DNA of 64,000 nucleotides from a virus: IMG/VR virus record IMGVR_UViG_3300028653_000010; one strand, 5' to 3'. Shown piece by piece: positions 55,683 to 64,000 of this stretch (position 1 is its first letter; each line of letters starts with the position of its first letter). The notes under the pieces were generated by a model. It saw only the letters and a program-made list of their open reading frames with translations, ran no database searches and was not told where the DNA came from. The position numbers and the translations under genes were made by a program.

Positions 55683-56030
55683 TCAGGCTTCCTTGGAGCA
55701 ACAGAGAACGACAACCTTCTGGTTGTCGTTCATTCGCGTGAACTGGCTGGTTACCGACGTCCCGACCTTGAAGTGCATTTCCAAACGCTCCTCGACGGAG
55801 TACATCTGGCGCAGTGAGCCGATGTTGTCGTTCGTAGCTGAGACGTTCTGGTCTGTATCAGCCCCAGTAACCACGCCCGTCCGAGTATCGATCTCGGTTT
55901 CCCGATAGGCGCCGGTCTGAAGCGTCAAGCGAGTCCCGCTCTCACAGAAAGCGATGTTGTTTCTGGTCAATGCCCTCTTGGCAATGTCCATGTTCTTGAT
56001 TGTGGTTTCGAACCTTGCTCGATGTGACAT
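55683..56030 (-). CDS. DUF1257/Ycf35-like protein
   Basis: MSHRARFETTIKNMDIAKRAL; adjacent to Ycf46. Confidence 0.7.
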   Translation of the reverse strand: MSHRARFETTIKNMDIAKRALTRNNIAFCESGTRLTLQTGAYRETEIDTRTGVVTGADTDQNVSATNDNIGSLRQMYSVEERLEMHFKVGTSVTSQFTRMNDNQKVVVLCCSKEA

Positions 56031-56096
56031 AGAAACTAACCCTTTCGAAGGTTATGATGAAATCCTAGTGTCTAGTTGTTCTCAAAGGTAGAAAAA

Positions 56097-56282
56097 TCAG
56101 GAGTGAGTCTCGTGGACCTCGTCTCGGAAGCCACTAGGTACCTTCTCATCACTCACCATATTGCCCATTGCTGCATACTGCTGGACAATACCATCACATT
56201 TTTGACCTGTGATACCCTTGATGTGACCCGTTTCGACATGACCGTCCGGGAACACTTCTTCTTCCCAAGTTGCCTGCGCCAT
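56097..56282 (-). CDS. DUF2997-like small protein
   Basis: VFPDGHVE...GITGQKC; SD AGGAG; GGTGTA at 56302-56307. Confidence 0.65.
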   Translation of the reverse strand: MAQATWEEEVFPDGHVETGHIKGITGQKCDGIVQQYAAMGNMVSDEKVPSGFRDEVHETHS

Positions 56283-56292
56283 TTGATTACTC

Positions 56293-56916
56293 CTATTTTG
56301 ATACACCGGAACCAGATCCAAATCTGACAGTAGCCCCGGCCTTGACAATTACTTCAGAAGGCGTACTTTGCTCTGGTGCCCCCCAAGAGTCAATAGTTTT
56401 CTTGGGCCTACCCAAGGCATCGGATGGTCTAGGAGCCCCAGGCAAGTACTGCTCGTTACTCACAGGAGTATTCATTAGCAAAGTGTCTCTGGAAATGGAA
56501 GGGGCTGTGTTAGTTGGCTGAAAATACACCTGGGGCGGCTCGTCGTTCGTGGGTACCTCTTCTATGACTGGCTCATTTAGAAGTTCTGGTACAAATTCCT
56601 TTTGGGGTTCAGGGGAGCTCTCACCTCCCCAACCGCGGACCACTAGAGACTCTTGAATCGGAGTGAACTCCTTACGTGAGATATCCTCGAACCGCGGGTC
56701 ATCTTGATCCATTCTGGGAACATTCAAGAATAGTCGGTCTTGCCAAGTAGCGACCCTTTGGTCAAACTTAGTCGATCCGTGAGTACTCCGCGTGCACTCA
56801 GGTTGAAGACAACGCGCGCAGTAGGCAGCACCGAAAGTATCGAAGGGAAGAGGCTCCTTGACCTGCTTGCTGACTTGGGCGTGGCAATCTTTGAGGAAGT
56901 CTCGTCTATTGGACAC
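56293..56916 (-). CDS. hypothetical protein
   Basis: N-terminal Cys cluster (C..YCARC...C); Pro-rich C-terminus. Confidence 0.7.
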   Translation of the reverse strand: MSNRRDFLKDCHAQVSKQVKEPLPFDTFGAAYCARCLQPECTRSTHGSTKFDQRVATWQDRLFLNVPRMDQDDPRFEDISRKEFTPIQESLVVRGWGGESSPEPQKEFVPELLNEPVIEEVPTNDEPPQVYFQPTNTAPSISRDTLLMNTPVSNEQYLPGAPRPSDALGRPKKTIDSWGAPEQSTPSEVIVKAGATVRFGSGSGVSK

Positions 56917-59914
56917 TGGCGACTCCGAGGTTCAATCGGTCTATCTCTCTCCCGAAAAGGTTTGGGTCCACTGTAATCTTCATCTCAGGGCCAATTAGGG
57001 TTTGGTTGGACTCGGTATCGATGAGGACCAGTACCTTACCCTTGGGGTCATAGAATTGCATGCAAAGACCAGCCACTTCTCGAATCGACCTTCTGGTCAG
57101 GTTCAGGCTTTTCAATCCGACAAGGAAGTTCTCCTTCCCATTGCCATTGCCGTTACCGTTGGTCGGGGGCGCGCTAGGGCGAGTATCAACTGGCTTGGGT
57201 TCATTCTTTGGTTCTGACTTGGCTTCTACCTTTGGGCTCGCTACTTTTAGGGTCTCCGCCGGAGGTGGTGGATCACCTGCAGGTGGGCTTCCGCTCGGCT
57301 CATCCGGTTTCGTCCCAGCCTTCATGTAGTCTGGTACCAAAATGTCCTTAAGCCAAGGGGGTGGTGCTTGATAGTACCTGTCTCCAACCTTGATGTCTGA
57401 GTCCTTTGGTTTCTTACCGGACTCGGGGATGTAACCCTTCATGATCTTGTGGAAGTCGTACTTCGGATCCCAGTGGGCATCGATCAGGGGTTCAACCTCC
57501 AACTGAACCTTCCACTTCTTCATCCTGCCCGGTTCCGTCATAATGCGCTCGATGACGGGCATGATCTCCATGAGCATCTCGTGCTTGACCTCAAACACTA
57601 TTTCATCGTGTACTGTCAACATGAAGCGGGCTTTGGGGTCATCCCCTTGGATCCACCCTTGCTTGGAGAACTCCTTGTAGAGCATCACCATGGCCATCTT
57701 CATGATGTCCGCACCACTACCTTGAATCGGGTAGTTCAGTGAGTAGCGTTCGCATGCGGCTACTATGGCCTTATCAGGTGAATCCACATCAGGAACAGCC
57801 ATCCACCGACCGAAGGCTGTGTAGACGCCCTTGTCCCTTCTAACTAGAGCTTTCTGCTTCTTGACCCACTCAGAGAATACAGGCATAGCCTTATCGAAGT
57901 TCTGCTTCCTTCGAGCGGCTTCCTGTTGACTGCACTTAGTGGCCCTCATGATCGCCATGGTTCCGCCACCATACACGAGGGAGAAGTTGGCCATCTTACC
58001 CTGTTGGCGCTGTTGCTTGGTGATCTCGTTGCCAAAGAAGGCCTTGGCTGTGATCGTATGCAAGTCCCCAGATCCCTCGTTGAACTCCTTGATCCACACT
58101 GGCTCCCCGGAGAGGTTAGTTACAATACGCAACTCCTCACCAGCAAAGTCAACCTTGACCATGGTGTACCCAGTTCGGGCGACGAAGGCCTTACGCAAGG
58201 CAGTTGCTACCTTGGGCTTCTTCTCATCGTAGGTCGATGGGATACCGTGGATAGGGATGCCACCATACCCGTGAGCAGGATCTCCCGAGGGGGCGGTGAA
58301 GCGTCCGGTAGGTGCTCCGGTCTGCTTGAACTGGTATCTCAACTCGGAGTTCTCGTCACAGTTGTTCAACATGCCTGTGAGGTAGGTGCCAATCACCTTC
58401 TCTACCTGCCGGAACTTCACAATAGTGATTAGAATCGGGTTGATGTCAGGGTGGTTTTCAACCAACTTCTCAAGGGTATCGGCATCAGTCTTGTACTGAT
58501 TCCTGATCTCGTCCTTAGTCTTCTCCGGCTTGGGCTCTATGTTTAGCCCGTTGGGGCTTGCGAACAGGAACTCACTGAGTTGTTGAGTTGATTGAGGATC
58601 GAATCCAGAGAAGCCCTTCTGCTCAGCAAGAGCAACGATCTGCTTGCGGTAACCGTCAGCCTCCTCTCGAGCATCAGAGAACAACTTGCGGACGTACTCA
58701 TGGTCAATCTTGATACGGTTGCGCTCCATCCATCTGAGAACTTGGACAACCTGCTTCTCAATTCGATAGATCCCAGCGAACTTCTTGTCTTTGATAGCAG
58801 ACTGAATCTCTGGGTGATCACAGTGGAGGTAGGTGCAAATAGCGTCTGCACAAGCGTAGTAGCGTACCTCATCCGGACTAAGAGACCCGAACTCGATAGG
58901 CCTCCCTCGTCGGAACAAGTCCTTCAGCTCAATCATCTCGTAGTTGATGTAGGTCCCTGTTGGAGACTCTTCCACGAGCTCATGCTTTGCGTTCTTGGGG
59001 TCTGGCTTGATATGCGCAGTGATGAAGTCTGCACCTCGCTTGACCTTGAGCTTCTTTTTGCTCTTGTCTTTGAGGCTGAGGTTCTTGTCGTTCGTGTAGA
59101 TGCAGTAGTACACTAACATCCCATCCTCGAATGACTCTGGATGCCAGAAGTCGATCCCAGTGACAGGGAGCAAGAACTCCTGGTCGAACTTTGCATGCCA
59201 AAAGAATAGCTTTACCTTGGCGGGCTCGATTAGCGGGCTAGCCAGGGGGTCGATGACTCTACCCTCTGGCTTGATAACCGGTTGGGATGCCAGACACAGC
59301 TTTTTGATGAGCTTTCCAACTGCGACAAGGTCCAGGTTAGCCTTGGATCCTTCGTCAGTATGGCGAACTGGAACATAGTATCCAGTGTAGCCATCGGGAC
59401 TTAGGCAGTAGCCTACGATCTTGTGAACAGTTTGCAAGACACGAGCCGGTCTCGGACCATCCCAGTATTCCTCAAACGGACCCCGAATACTGTCAGGGTT
59501 CCTATTGTAGATCCTGTTGTCCAAACCCTGGGTTTCAAGATCCAAGGAGCACTTGCCAGTCTTGAATGCCTGTTCAATAACCCCCTCGAGTTGCTCGATG
59601 GAGTCGACAATCACGAACTCGTGATAGTACATCCACGCCTTGAAGATATCCGTTAGCTGGGGCTCAACAGAAGTCCCCATGCTATCCATGATCGCTTCAG
59701 GGTCCATGTCGTCATCCCCTGAGTCATCATCACTGAAGAAGGACCTCACGGGCGCGGGGGCTGGCGGGGGCGTGCTCGGAACCTCGGGCGGAGTATCATC
59801 CCCTGCATCGTCAGTAAACACCTTGGGTGGTTCCTTGGGGGCCGCCTTCGGGCTAGGTTGGATGCTAGCTAGAACCTCTTCAAGATCCAAATCATCGAGA
59901 TCAGTGTCAGCCAT
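56906..59914 (-). CDS. polA: family A DNA polymerase with 3'-5' exonuclease
   Basis: ExoI DLETQG, HAKFD, YACADA; TGRF; motif A DFAGEELR; motif B RQQGKMANFSLVYG; motif C VHDE. Confidence 0.93.
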   Translation of the reverse strand: MADTDLDDLDLEEVLASIQPSPKAAPKEPPKVFTDDAGDDTPPEVPSTPPPAPAPVRSFFSDDDSGDDDMDPEAIMDSMGTSVEPQLTDIFKAWMYYHEFVIVDSIEQLEGVIEQAFKTGKCSLDLETQGLDNRIYNRNPDSIRGPFEEYWDGPRPARVLQTVHKIVGYCLSPDGYTGYYVPVRHTDEGSKANLDLVAVGKLIKKLCLASQPVIKPEGRVIDPLASPLIEPAKVKLFFWHAKFDQEFLLPVTGIDFWHPESFEDGMLVYYCIYTNDKNLSLKDKSKKKLKVKRGADFITAHIKPDPKNAKHELVEESPTGTYINYEMIELKDLFRRGRPIEFGSLSPDEVRYYACADAICTYLHCDHPEIQSAIKDKKFAGIYRIEKQVVQVLRWMERNRIKIDHEYVRKLFSDAREEADGYRKQIVALAEQKGFSGFDPQSTQQLSEFLFASPNGLNIEPKPEKTKDEIRNQYKTDADTLEKLVENHPDINPILITIVKFRQVEKVIGTYLTGMLNNCDENSELRYQFKQTGAPTGRFTAPSGDPAHGYGGIPIHGIPSTYDEKKPKVATALRKAFVARTGYTMVKVDFAGEELRIVTNLSGEPVWIKEFNEGSGDLHTITAKAFFGNEITKQQRQQGKMANFSLVYGGGTMAIMRATKCSQQEAARRKQNFDKAMPVFSEWVKKQKALVRRDKGVYTAFGRWMAVPDVDSPDKAIVAACERYSLNYPIQGSGADIMKMAMVMLYKEFSKQGWIQGDDPKARFMLTVHDEIVFEVKHEMLMEIMPVIERIMTEPGRMKKWKVQLEVEPLIDAHWDPKYDFHKIMKGYIPESGKKPKDSDIKVGDRYYQAPPPWLKDILVPDYMKAGTKPDEPSGSPPAGDPPPPAETLKVASPKVEAKSEPKNEPKPVDTRPSAPPTNGNGNGNGKENFLVGLKSLNLTRRSIREVAGLCMQFYDPKGKVLVLIDTESNQTLIGPEMKITVDPNLFGREIDRLNLGVASVQ

Positions 59915-59920
59915 AAATCC

Positions 59921-60361
59921 CTATTGACCTTCCACAAGTTCAGAGTGGACGACCACGACTAGATACACCCCCGCCCGCCACATCCGGACGAAGTCACCAG
60001 CTAATCTTCTTGCCTCAAGATCTTCAATCCCCGCAGGCTCAAAGCACGAAGGCATCTTCTTATACAACGGAACACACTCTTTCTTGTGATAAAACGGACA
60101 GTGTATTCTTCGATCACACAATGAATTAGGGAGCTTCCGTAAAGCTCCCTCAGGGGGGATACCCAGCGCCTTAATGAAGGGTCGAGTGAAACCCTTGAGC
60201 GCATGGTCCATCATCTCTTGTGAAACAACCGTTAGTAGCTTGGTGATAGCCTCACCTTGCAATGGTCGCCACTCCTCTTCCCACACCTCACCGTACTGGT
60301 AGATCAGGTAGAGGTTGAGATCACCCATCTCGTGGGTATTGAGATTAAGCTCCCTCGGCAC
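59921..60361 (-). CDS. hypothetical protein
   Basis: 146 aa in the replication operon. Confidence 0.65.
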   Translation of the reverse strand: MPRELNLNTHEMGDLNLYLIYQYGEVWEEEWRPLQGEAITKLLTVVSQEMMDHALKGFTRPFIKALGIPPEGALRKLPNSLCDRRIHCPFYHKKECVPLYKKMPSCFEPAGIEDLEARRLAGDFVRMWRAGVYLVVVVHSELVEGQ

Positions 60362-61013
60362 GTACTTTCTCGCTTATTTTGTCGAGTATCTTTCGAATTA
60401 CTGCTTTAGCTTCTGGAAGACTAATGAGGCCCTTCTCGATTCTATGGTGCAATCGGTCCAGACACTGGCCCACCACCATGAACCCTTCCATCTTGAAACT
60501 AGGCTTTGAATCCCGCAGACGTCGCTCACAGACGTTCAATAGATCCTGCACGTCAACCTCCTCTTCAGACGGCCCCCTGAGGGTCTCGTAGCTCTCATGG
60601 CTCAGGGTAGGTGCTTTAGGTGCTTCGATCCCGAAAGCCTCCTCTAGGCCTCGAAGGATCTGATGCCACTTCATCCCCTCATCGCCCTTGAAGGTCTTCC
60701 ACAGGTCGAAGATGTCCTTACGATGACCTCCAAAGCAAACCCAACAATAGAGAGCCGAAGGGCTGTTGGCCCCCTCATCAGGGAAGACACTAGCCGAGGG
60801 ATTTCTGTCATCGTGAAACGGACATGGGATATGCTCCCTGTGGTCTGAACCACTGAACTTGAGCGCCACCCCAAAGTGTCGTAGAACGTCGTGAGCTTTC
60901 ACCTTGTCACGCAAGGTTTCCTTGCGTATAGTGGTCCACTCGCGAAATGCGGCGCCCGCTAGGTTGTCGGAGTCAAGCTTACGAGCTTCGGGTCTTGTTG
61001 AAGGTCGTGGCAT
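60345..61013 (-). CDS. stand-alone CHC2 (primase-type) zinc-finger protein
   Basis: CPFHDDRNPSA...YCWVC; no TOPRIM domain. Confidence 0.8.
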   Translation of the reverse strand: MPRPSTRPEARKLDSDNLAGAAFREWTTIRKETLRDKVKAHDVLRHFGVALKFSGSDHREHIPCPFHDDRNPSASVFPDEGANSPSALYCWVCFGGHRKDIFDLWKTFKGDEGMKWHQILRGLEEAFGIEAPKAPTLSHESYETLRGPSEEEVDVQDLLNVCERRLRDSKPSFKMEGFMVVGQCLDRLHHRIEKGLISLPEAKAVIRKILDKISEKVRAEGA

Positions 61014-61015
61014 AG

Positions 61016-62485
61016 CTACACCTGGAACATCGAGTCAGCCCCAATACCCATGACTAGGTTCACATCGTCGACAGAGATCCCTCGCTCATCCGCTCCGTGG
61101 AACGAATCAAAGTTGGTGATCCTCTTGGTACCCCAACTGATGTTGGCCTTAAAGGGCTGGAATGGTGGACCATCGCGTCTCTTAAGGCAGTCAAACTGTA
61201 CAGTCCCTTCCTTTCGAAGGTCATCATTCAAGTATGTGGTACTCACCACGTCAGCGGAACGCTCGCATTCATTGGCATAGCTCAAGGCCCTGAGCTTGTA
61301 GCGACCCTCGTTCTTGTCCGCGAAGTCCTTGCCGTCACGGTTGATCTGGAACAACACCAGGATAGGGATCTTCTCACCGTGGTTGAAGTGGAGTGCGAGC
61401 TTCTTAGTGTCCCGCAAAACCGAGTTCAATTCGATGGTATAATCCTTGTTCCTCTTCCTCCGACGCGGCTCTAAGAGTCCACCGTGGTCGATGACCAGAA
61501 GGTGAATCGGTTCCTCCTGATGCCTCAACTCAGCGTACTGCTGAACCTCGTCGATGGTGATATCGTCATCTGGACCCCAAACATCAAATCGTCCATAGGA
61601 TTCATTCTCGTTGAAGTCCTTGATGACGAGCTGGTAGAACTCCTCTTCTTCCTTGGTGAGTTTACCGTCTTTGACGGCATCGTAGTCGAGAGGTTTGTAC
61701 CCCTGCGCCTTCCAAATACCATTGGAAGAGTGCATAACGTAGATCATCTTCCGTACTTGCTCATACGGCATCTCGAGAGTGATGTAGAGAGCACTCTTCT
61801 TGTATCGAGTGATAAGGTTGTAGCACCAGTTCAAGGCGAAGGTTGTCTTGAGTTCACCTACGAAAGCAGCATGAACCCACATCTCACCTTTCTTGATTCC
61901 CTTGACGAACGAGTCGATTCCGTTGATGCCACAGAACATCCCCCAGACGTTGCCCTTGTTGGCCTTGGCATCTAGGTACTCATCCCAGACTTCCTGTCCG
62001 TCGTCCCTGATGTTACCATCAATCCTGGAGTTGTGTTCGTAGACCAACAGGCGATGAGTGTTGCGCGCGAAGTGCATCACCCCGTCTCGAAGACCACGCT
62101 TGGTCTCTTCTTCAACGATGAGTCCTTTGGTGATGATCTCCTGGGCCTCTTTCAGAATCGTGATAGCCCGAATCTTATTCTGCTCTTCAAGAGTCTCATG
62201 TAGTAAATGGGTGAAGTTAGTACGACTATAGGGAGGGGCTACCTCATGGTCCCCAACCCGCTCAATAGCCTCTTGGTCCTTCTTGATTTCGAAGTGATCG
62301 ATGATCGTCTGCTTCGAAGGCATCTCAAGGCGCTGATGAAAGTACTTCCTGAGGAAGTCATAGATGCGCTTGTCCGCAGGATGTGGCCATTCAAGCTTGG
62401 ACTGAGTGAGCCTCTGAAAGTTAGCCTTCAGATTCTCCTGAGTAATACCACCATAGTCAATGACTGACCGAAGTAATCCCTTCAT
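61016..62485 (-). CDS. DnaB-like replicative helicase
   Basis: Variant Walker A AFVGELKTT; ITLEM; VIDH; LFQINRDG; ERSADVV; KRRDG. Confidence 0.85.
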   Translation of the reverse strand: MKGLLRSVIDYGGITQENLKANFQRLTQSKLEWPHPADKRIYDFLRKYFHQRLEMPSKQTIIDHFEIKKDQEAIERVGDHEVAPPYSRTNFTHLLHETLEEQNKIRAITILKEAQEIITKGLIVEEETKRGLRDGVMHFARNTHRLLVYEHNSRIDGNIRDDGQEVWDEYLDAKANKGNVWGMFCGINGIDSFVKGIKKGEMWVHAAFVGELKTTFALNWCYNLITRYKKSALYITLEMPYEQVRKMIYVMHSSNGIWKAQGYKPLDYDAVKDGKLTKEEEEFYQLVIKDFNENESYGRFDVWGPDDDITIDEVQQYAELRHQEEPIHLLVIDHGGLLEPRRRKRNKDYTIELNSVLRDTKKLALHFNHGEKIPILVLFQINRDGKDFADKNEGRYKLRALSYANECERSADVVSTTYLNDDLRKEGTVQFDCLKRRDGPPFQPFKANISWGTKRITNFDSFHGADERGISVDDVNLVMGIGADSMFQV

Positions 62486-63363
62486 CAGAAGTTACCCCCG
62501 TTGCGCTTTCCCTTGTACTTCTTTTTCTTACCGTCATCGGTAAGCAACCCCATGTCTATTGTAGATGAAGCAGGGGCTGGGATTGCAGGCTCGGGCATTA
62601 CGAACTTCCTACGTGGTTTTGGAGCTTCTTCAGTGTCCAGACTCATACCTTCTTCTTCAGTGACAGCTAGATGTGCTCCTTTAACTCCTCGTGGGACTAG
62701 CTCACGTTCAACTCGTGCTTTGATCTCGACAACTGAGAACCTTTGAGAGATTAGCTCTGCTACCTCAGCGTCATACGAGAAGTGACCTGGTCCGAAAATA
62801 CTATTGGGCTCTTCAATTATCCAAGTAGGCTTACCTACTGCATGGCGCAGAAGGATGGCCTCCTTGAGGATTCCAGGCATCGCCCTATTAGCGTACCCGA
62901 GGAACCCAAGGCGAATGATTACCAGCTCACGGTCACCCCCAATGACATCAGAGAGCTTGTTGTTGGTCTCTATGTCGTCACGCTTCTTTCGACTTCGAGC
63001 GGTGTATGACTCTGACCCAACGTACACATCGCGCAAACGAGCATCAGTAATGATTTGGAACTGATACAACAAGTTGTGCAGCATCTTGATAGTGAGCACC
63101 AACCTCAAGTGTGAAGCAAGATCTGACCAATAACCCTTGATGAACAAATTCTCCGAAGTAAGATCAACCTTCACCTCACCTGGACCACCTACCTCCAGTA
63201 ACGGAGATGCGTTCATAGGCGGAGCTTCAGCTATATCCGGCGGGAGTCTCTTCTTGATGTTGGTTCGGAAGCTACACACACATTGCTTCTTGTCCGCGTC
63301 GTCACCGACATCTATTTTACCGTCCTGACTCTTACAAATCGGACAGACAGGGGGATCGGGCAT
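62485..63363 (-). CDS. hypothetical protein, possible degenerate helicase loader
   Basis: N-terminal CPIC..CVC; position next to the DnaB-like gene; no Walker A. Confidence 0.45.
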   Translation of the reverse strand: MPDPPVCPICKSQDGKIDVGDDADKKQCVCSFRTNIKKRLPPDIAEAPPMNASPLLEVGGPGEVKVDLTSENLFIKGYWSDLASHLRLVLTIKMLHNLLYQFQIITDARLRDVYVGSESYTARSRKKRDDIETNNKLSDVIGGDRELVIIRLGFLGYANRAMPGILKEAILLRHAVGKPTWIIEEPNSIFGPGHFSYDAEVAELISQRFSVVEIKARVERELVPRGVKGAHLAVTEEEGMSLDTEEAPKPRRKFVMPEPAIPAPASSTIDMGLLTDDGKKKKYKGKRNGGNF

Positions 63364-63388
63364 CGTCCGAGGTACTACACCGACTTGG

Positions 63389-64000
63389 TCACTTCTTCGG
63401 AATGTCCCGCAAAGAGTTGATCAAGTCGCGAACGTCATCCTCGTGGCGCTCGAACTTCAGAGCACCTACGGCTGCCTCGCCAATGACCTGGTCAATCAAG
63501 CCCTTCTTTTTGCGTAGCTTTTGGATGACCTTATGGTCGATAGTCTCGGTCTTCTTGCCACTGCCTGGCCGCTTTGCTAGTAAATGAATGGCCAAAACGG
63601 CTTGATGGGGGGAGCCGATTCGAATCATCCTACCTAGCAACTGAACATATCTGCCCCAAGACCACGGTGTATCGAAGAAGATCATTGCTGCAGCAGCCTG
63701 CAGATTAATCGACTCACTACCAGCATCAGTGATAAAAATCACCTTTATCTTGCTGTCAGGATCTTGAAACTTATCCTGGGCCGCCTTACGATCACTAGAC
63801 TTTGTAACTGCTCCCGTGATAGCTACACTCTTGATTCCCTCTTTGGTCAAGATCGCTTGAAGTCGAGCTACGTGACTCTTGAATCTGGTGTAGACAATGA
63901 CTTTCTGGTCGTCAAACTCTTCTGTCATGAGTGAGACCAGGGCCGCCTCTTTAGAGCTTCGACCCTCTGCAGCGGTGACAGGCCTCTCAAACTCATCCTC
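63389..64000 (-). CDS. SNF2/superfamily-2 helicase, C-terminal part (5' end outside the window)
   Basis: KVIVYTRF, TDAGSESINLQ, FFDTPWS...QLLGRMIRIG. Confidence 0.88.
   Translation of the reverse strand, partial: EDEFERPVTAAEGRSSKEAALVSLMTEEFDDQKVIVYTRFKSHVARLQAILTKEGIKSVAITGAVTKSSDRKAAQDKFQDPDSKIKVIFITDAGSESINLQAAAAMIFFDTPWSWGRYVQLLGRMIRIGSPHQAVLAIHLLAKRPGSGKKTETIDHKVIQKLRKKKGLIDQVIGEAAVGALKFERHEDDVRDLINSLRDIPKK

Noticed and set aside
56906-59914. Intein or intron in the DNA polymerase
   Set aside because: The insertions lack C/S...HN splice ends and LAGLIDADG motifs, and the frame is continuous.
1-64000. CRISPR array, rRNA, tRNA, IS/transposase, integrase
   Set aside because: No regularly spaced direct repeats or recognisable signatures were seen by eye. 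A tRNAscan or CRISPR scan was not run.
1-64000. Alternative genetic code (stop recoding)
   Set aside because: Conserved genes are full length under the standard code, and all three stop codons terminate genes.

Overview
This 64-kb window reads as part of a large (jumbo-type) dsDNA phage genome. It is gene-dense and mostly minus-strand, with many ORFans and no rRNA, tRNA or CRISPR that I can support. The right end holds replication genes (family A DNA polymerase, DnaB-like helicase, stand-alone primase Zn finger, SNF2-type helicase). Nucleotide and cofactor genes are scattered throughout (thyX, MazG, 5'-nucleotidase, dNMP kinase, rnhB, coaD, NUDIX, DHH, HD), along with two DNA methyltransferases, ClpX, cell-wall enzymes (GH73, GT51, lysozyme-like) and a Ycf46/DUF1257/DUF2997 triad. 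A Myxococcota host is a weak inference. Main observations: (1) A 7-gene operon at 13.5-20.4 kb runs nrtR-nadV-peptide-vWA-PurA-like-pseudokinase-CinA/NMNAT-like, with two NrtR-type operators flanking its promoter. It is a candidate ADP-ribose-inducible NAD-rescue system. Its PurA paralogue has lost the aspartate-binding loop, and the peptide and the vWA protein share an N-terminus. (2) A [T/S/N/D]-R-Y-[E/S]-R-I peptide motif recurs in about 10 unrelated proteins. (3) A second motif, [R/K]-V-A-[S/T]-[R/K]-[Y/F], marks a separate protein set. (4) A GGTGTA element lies just upstream of about 19 gene starts. (5) A structured, switch-like 5' leader precedes a lysozyme-like gene. All family calls come from motif recognition by eye; no searches were run.
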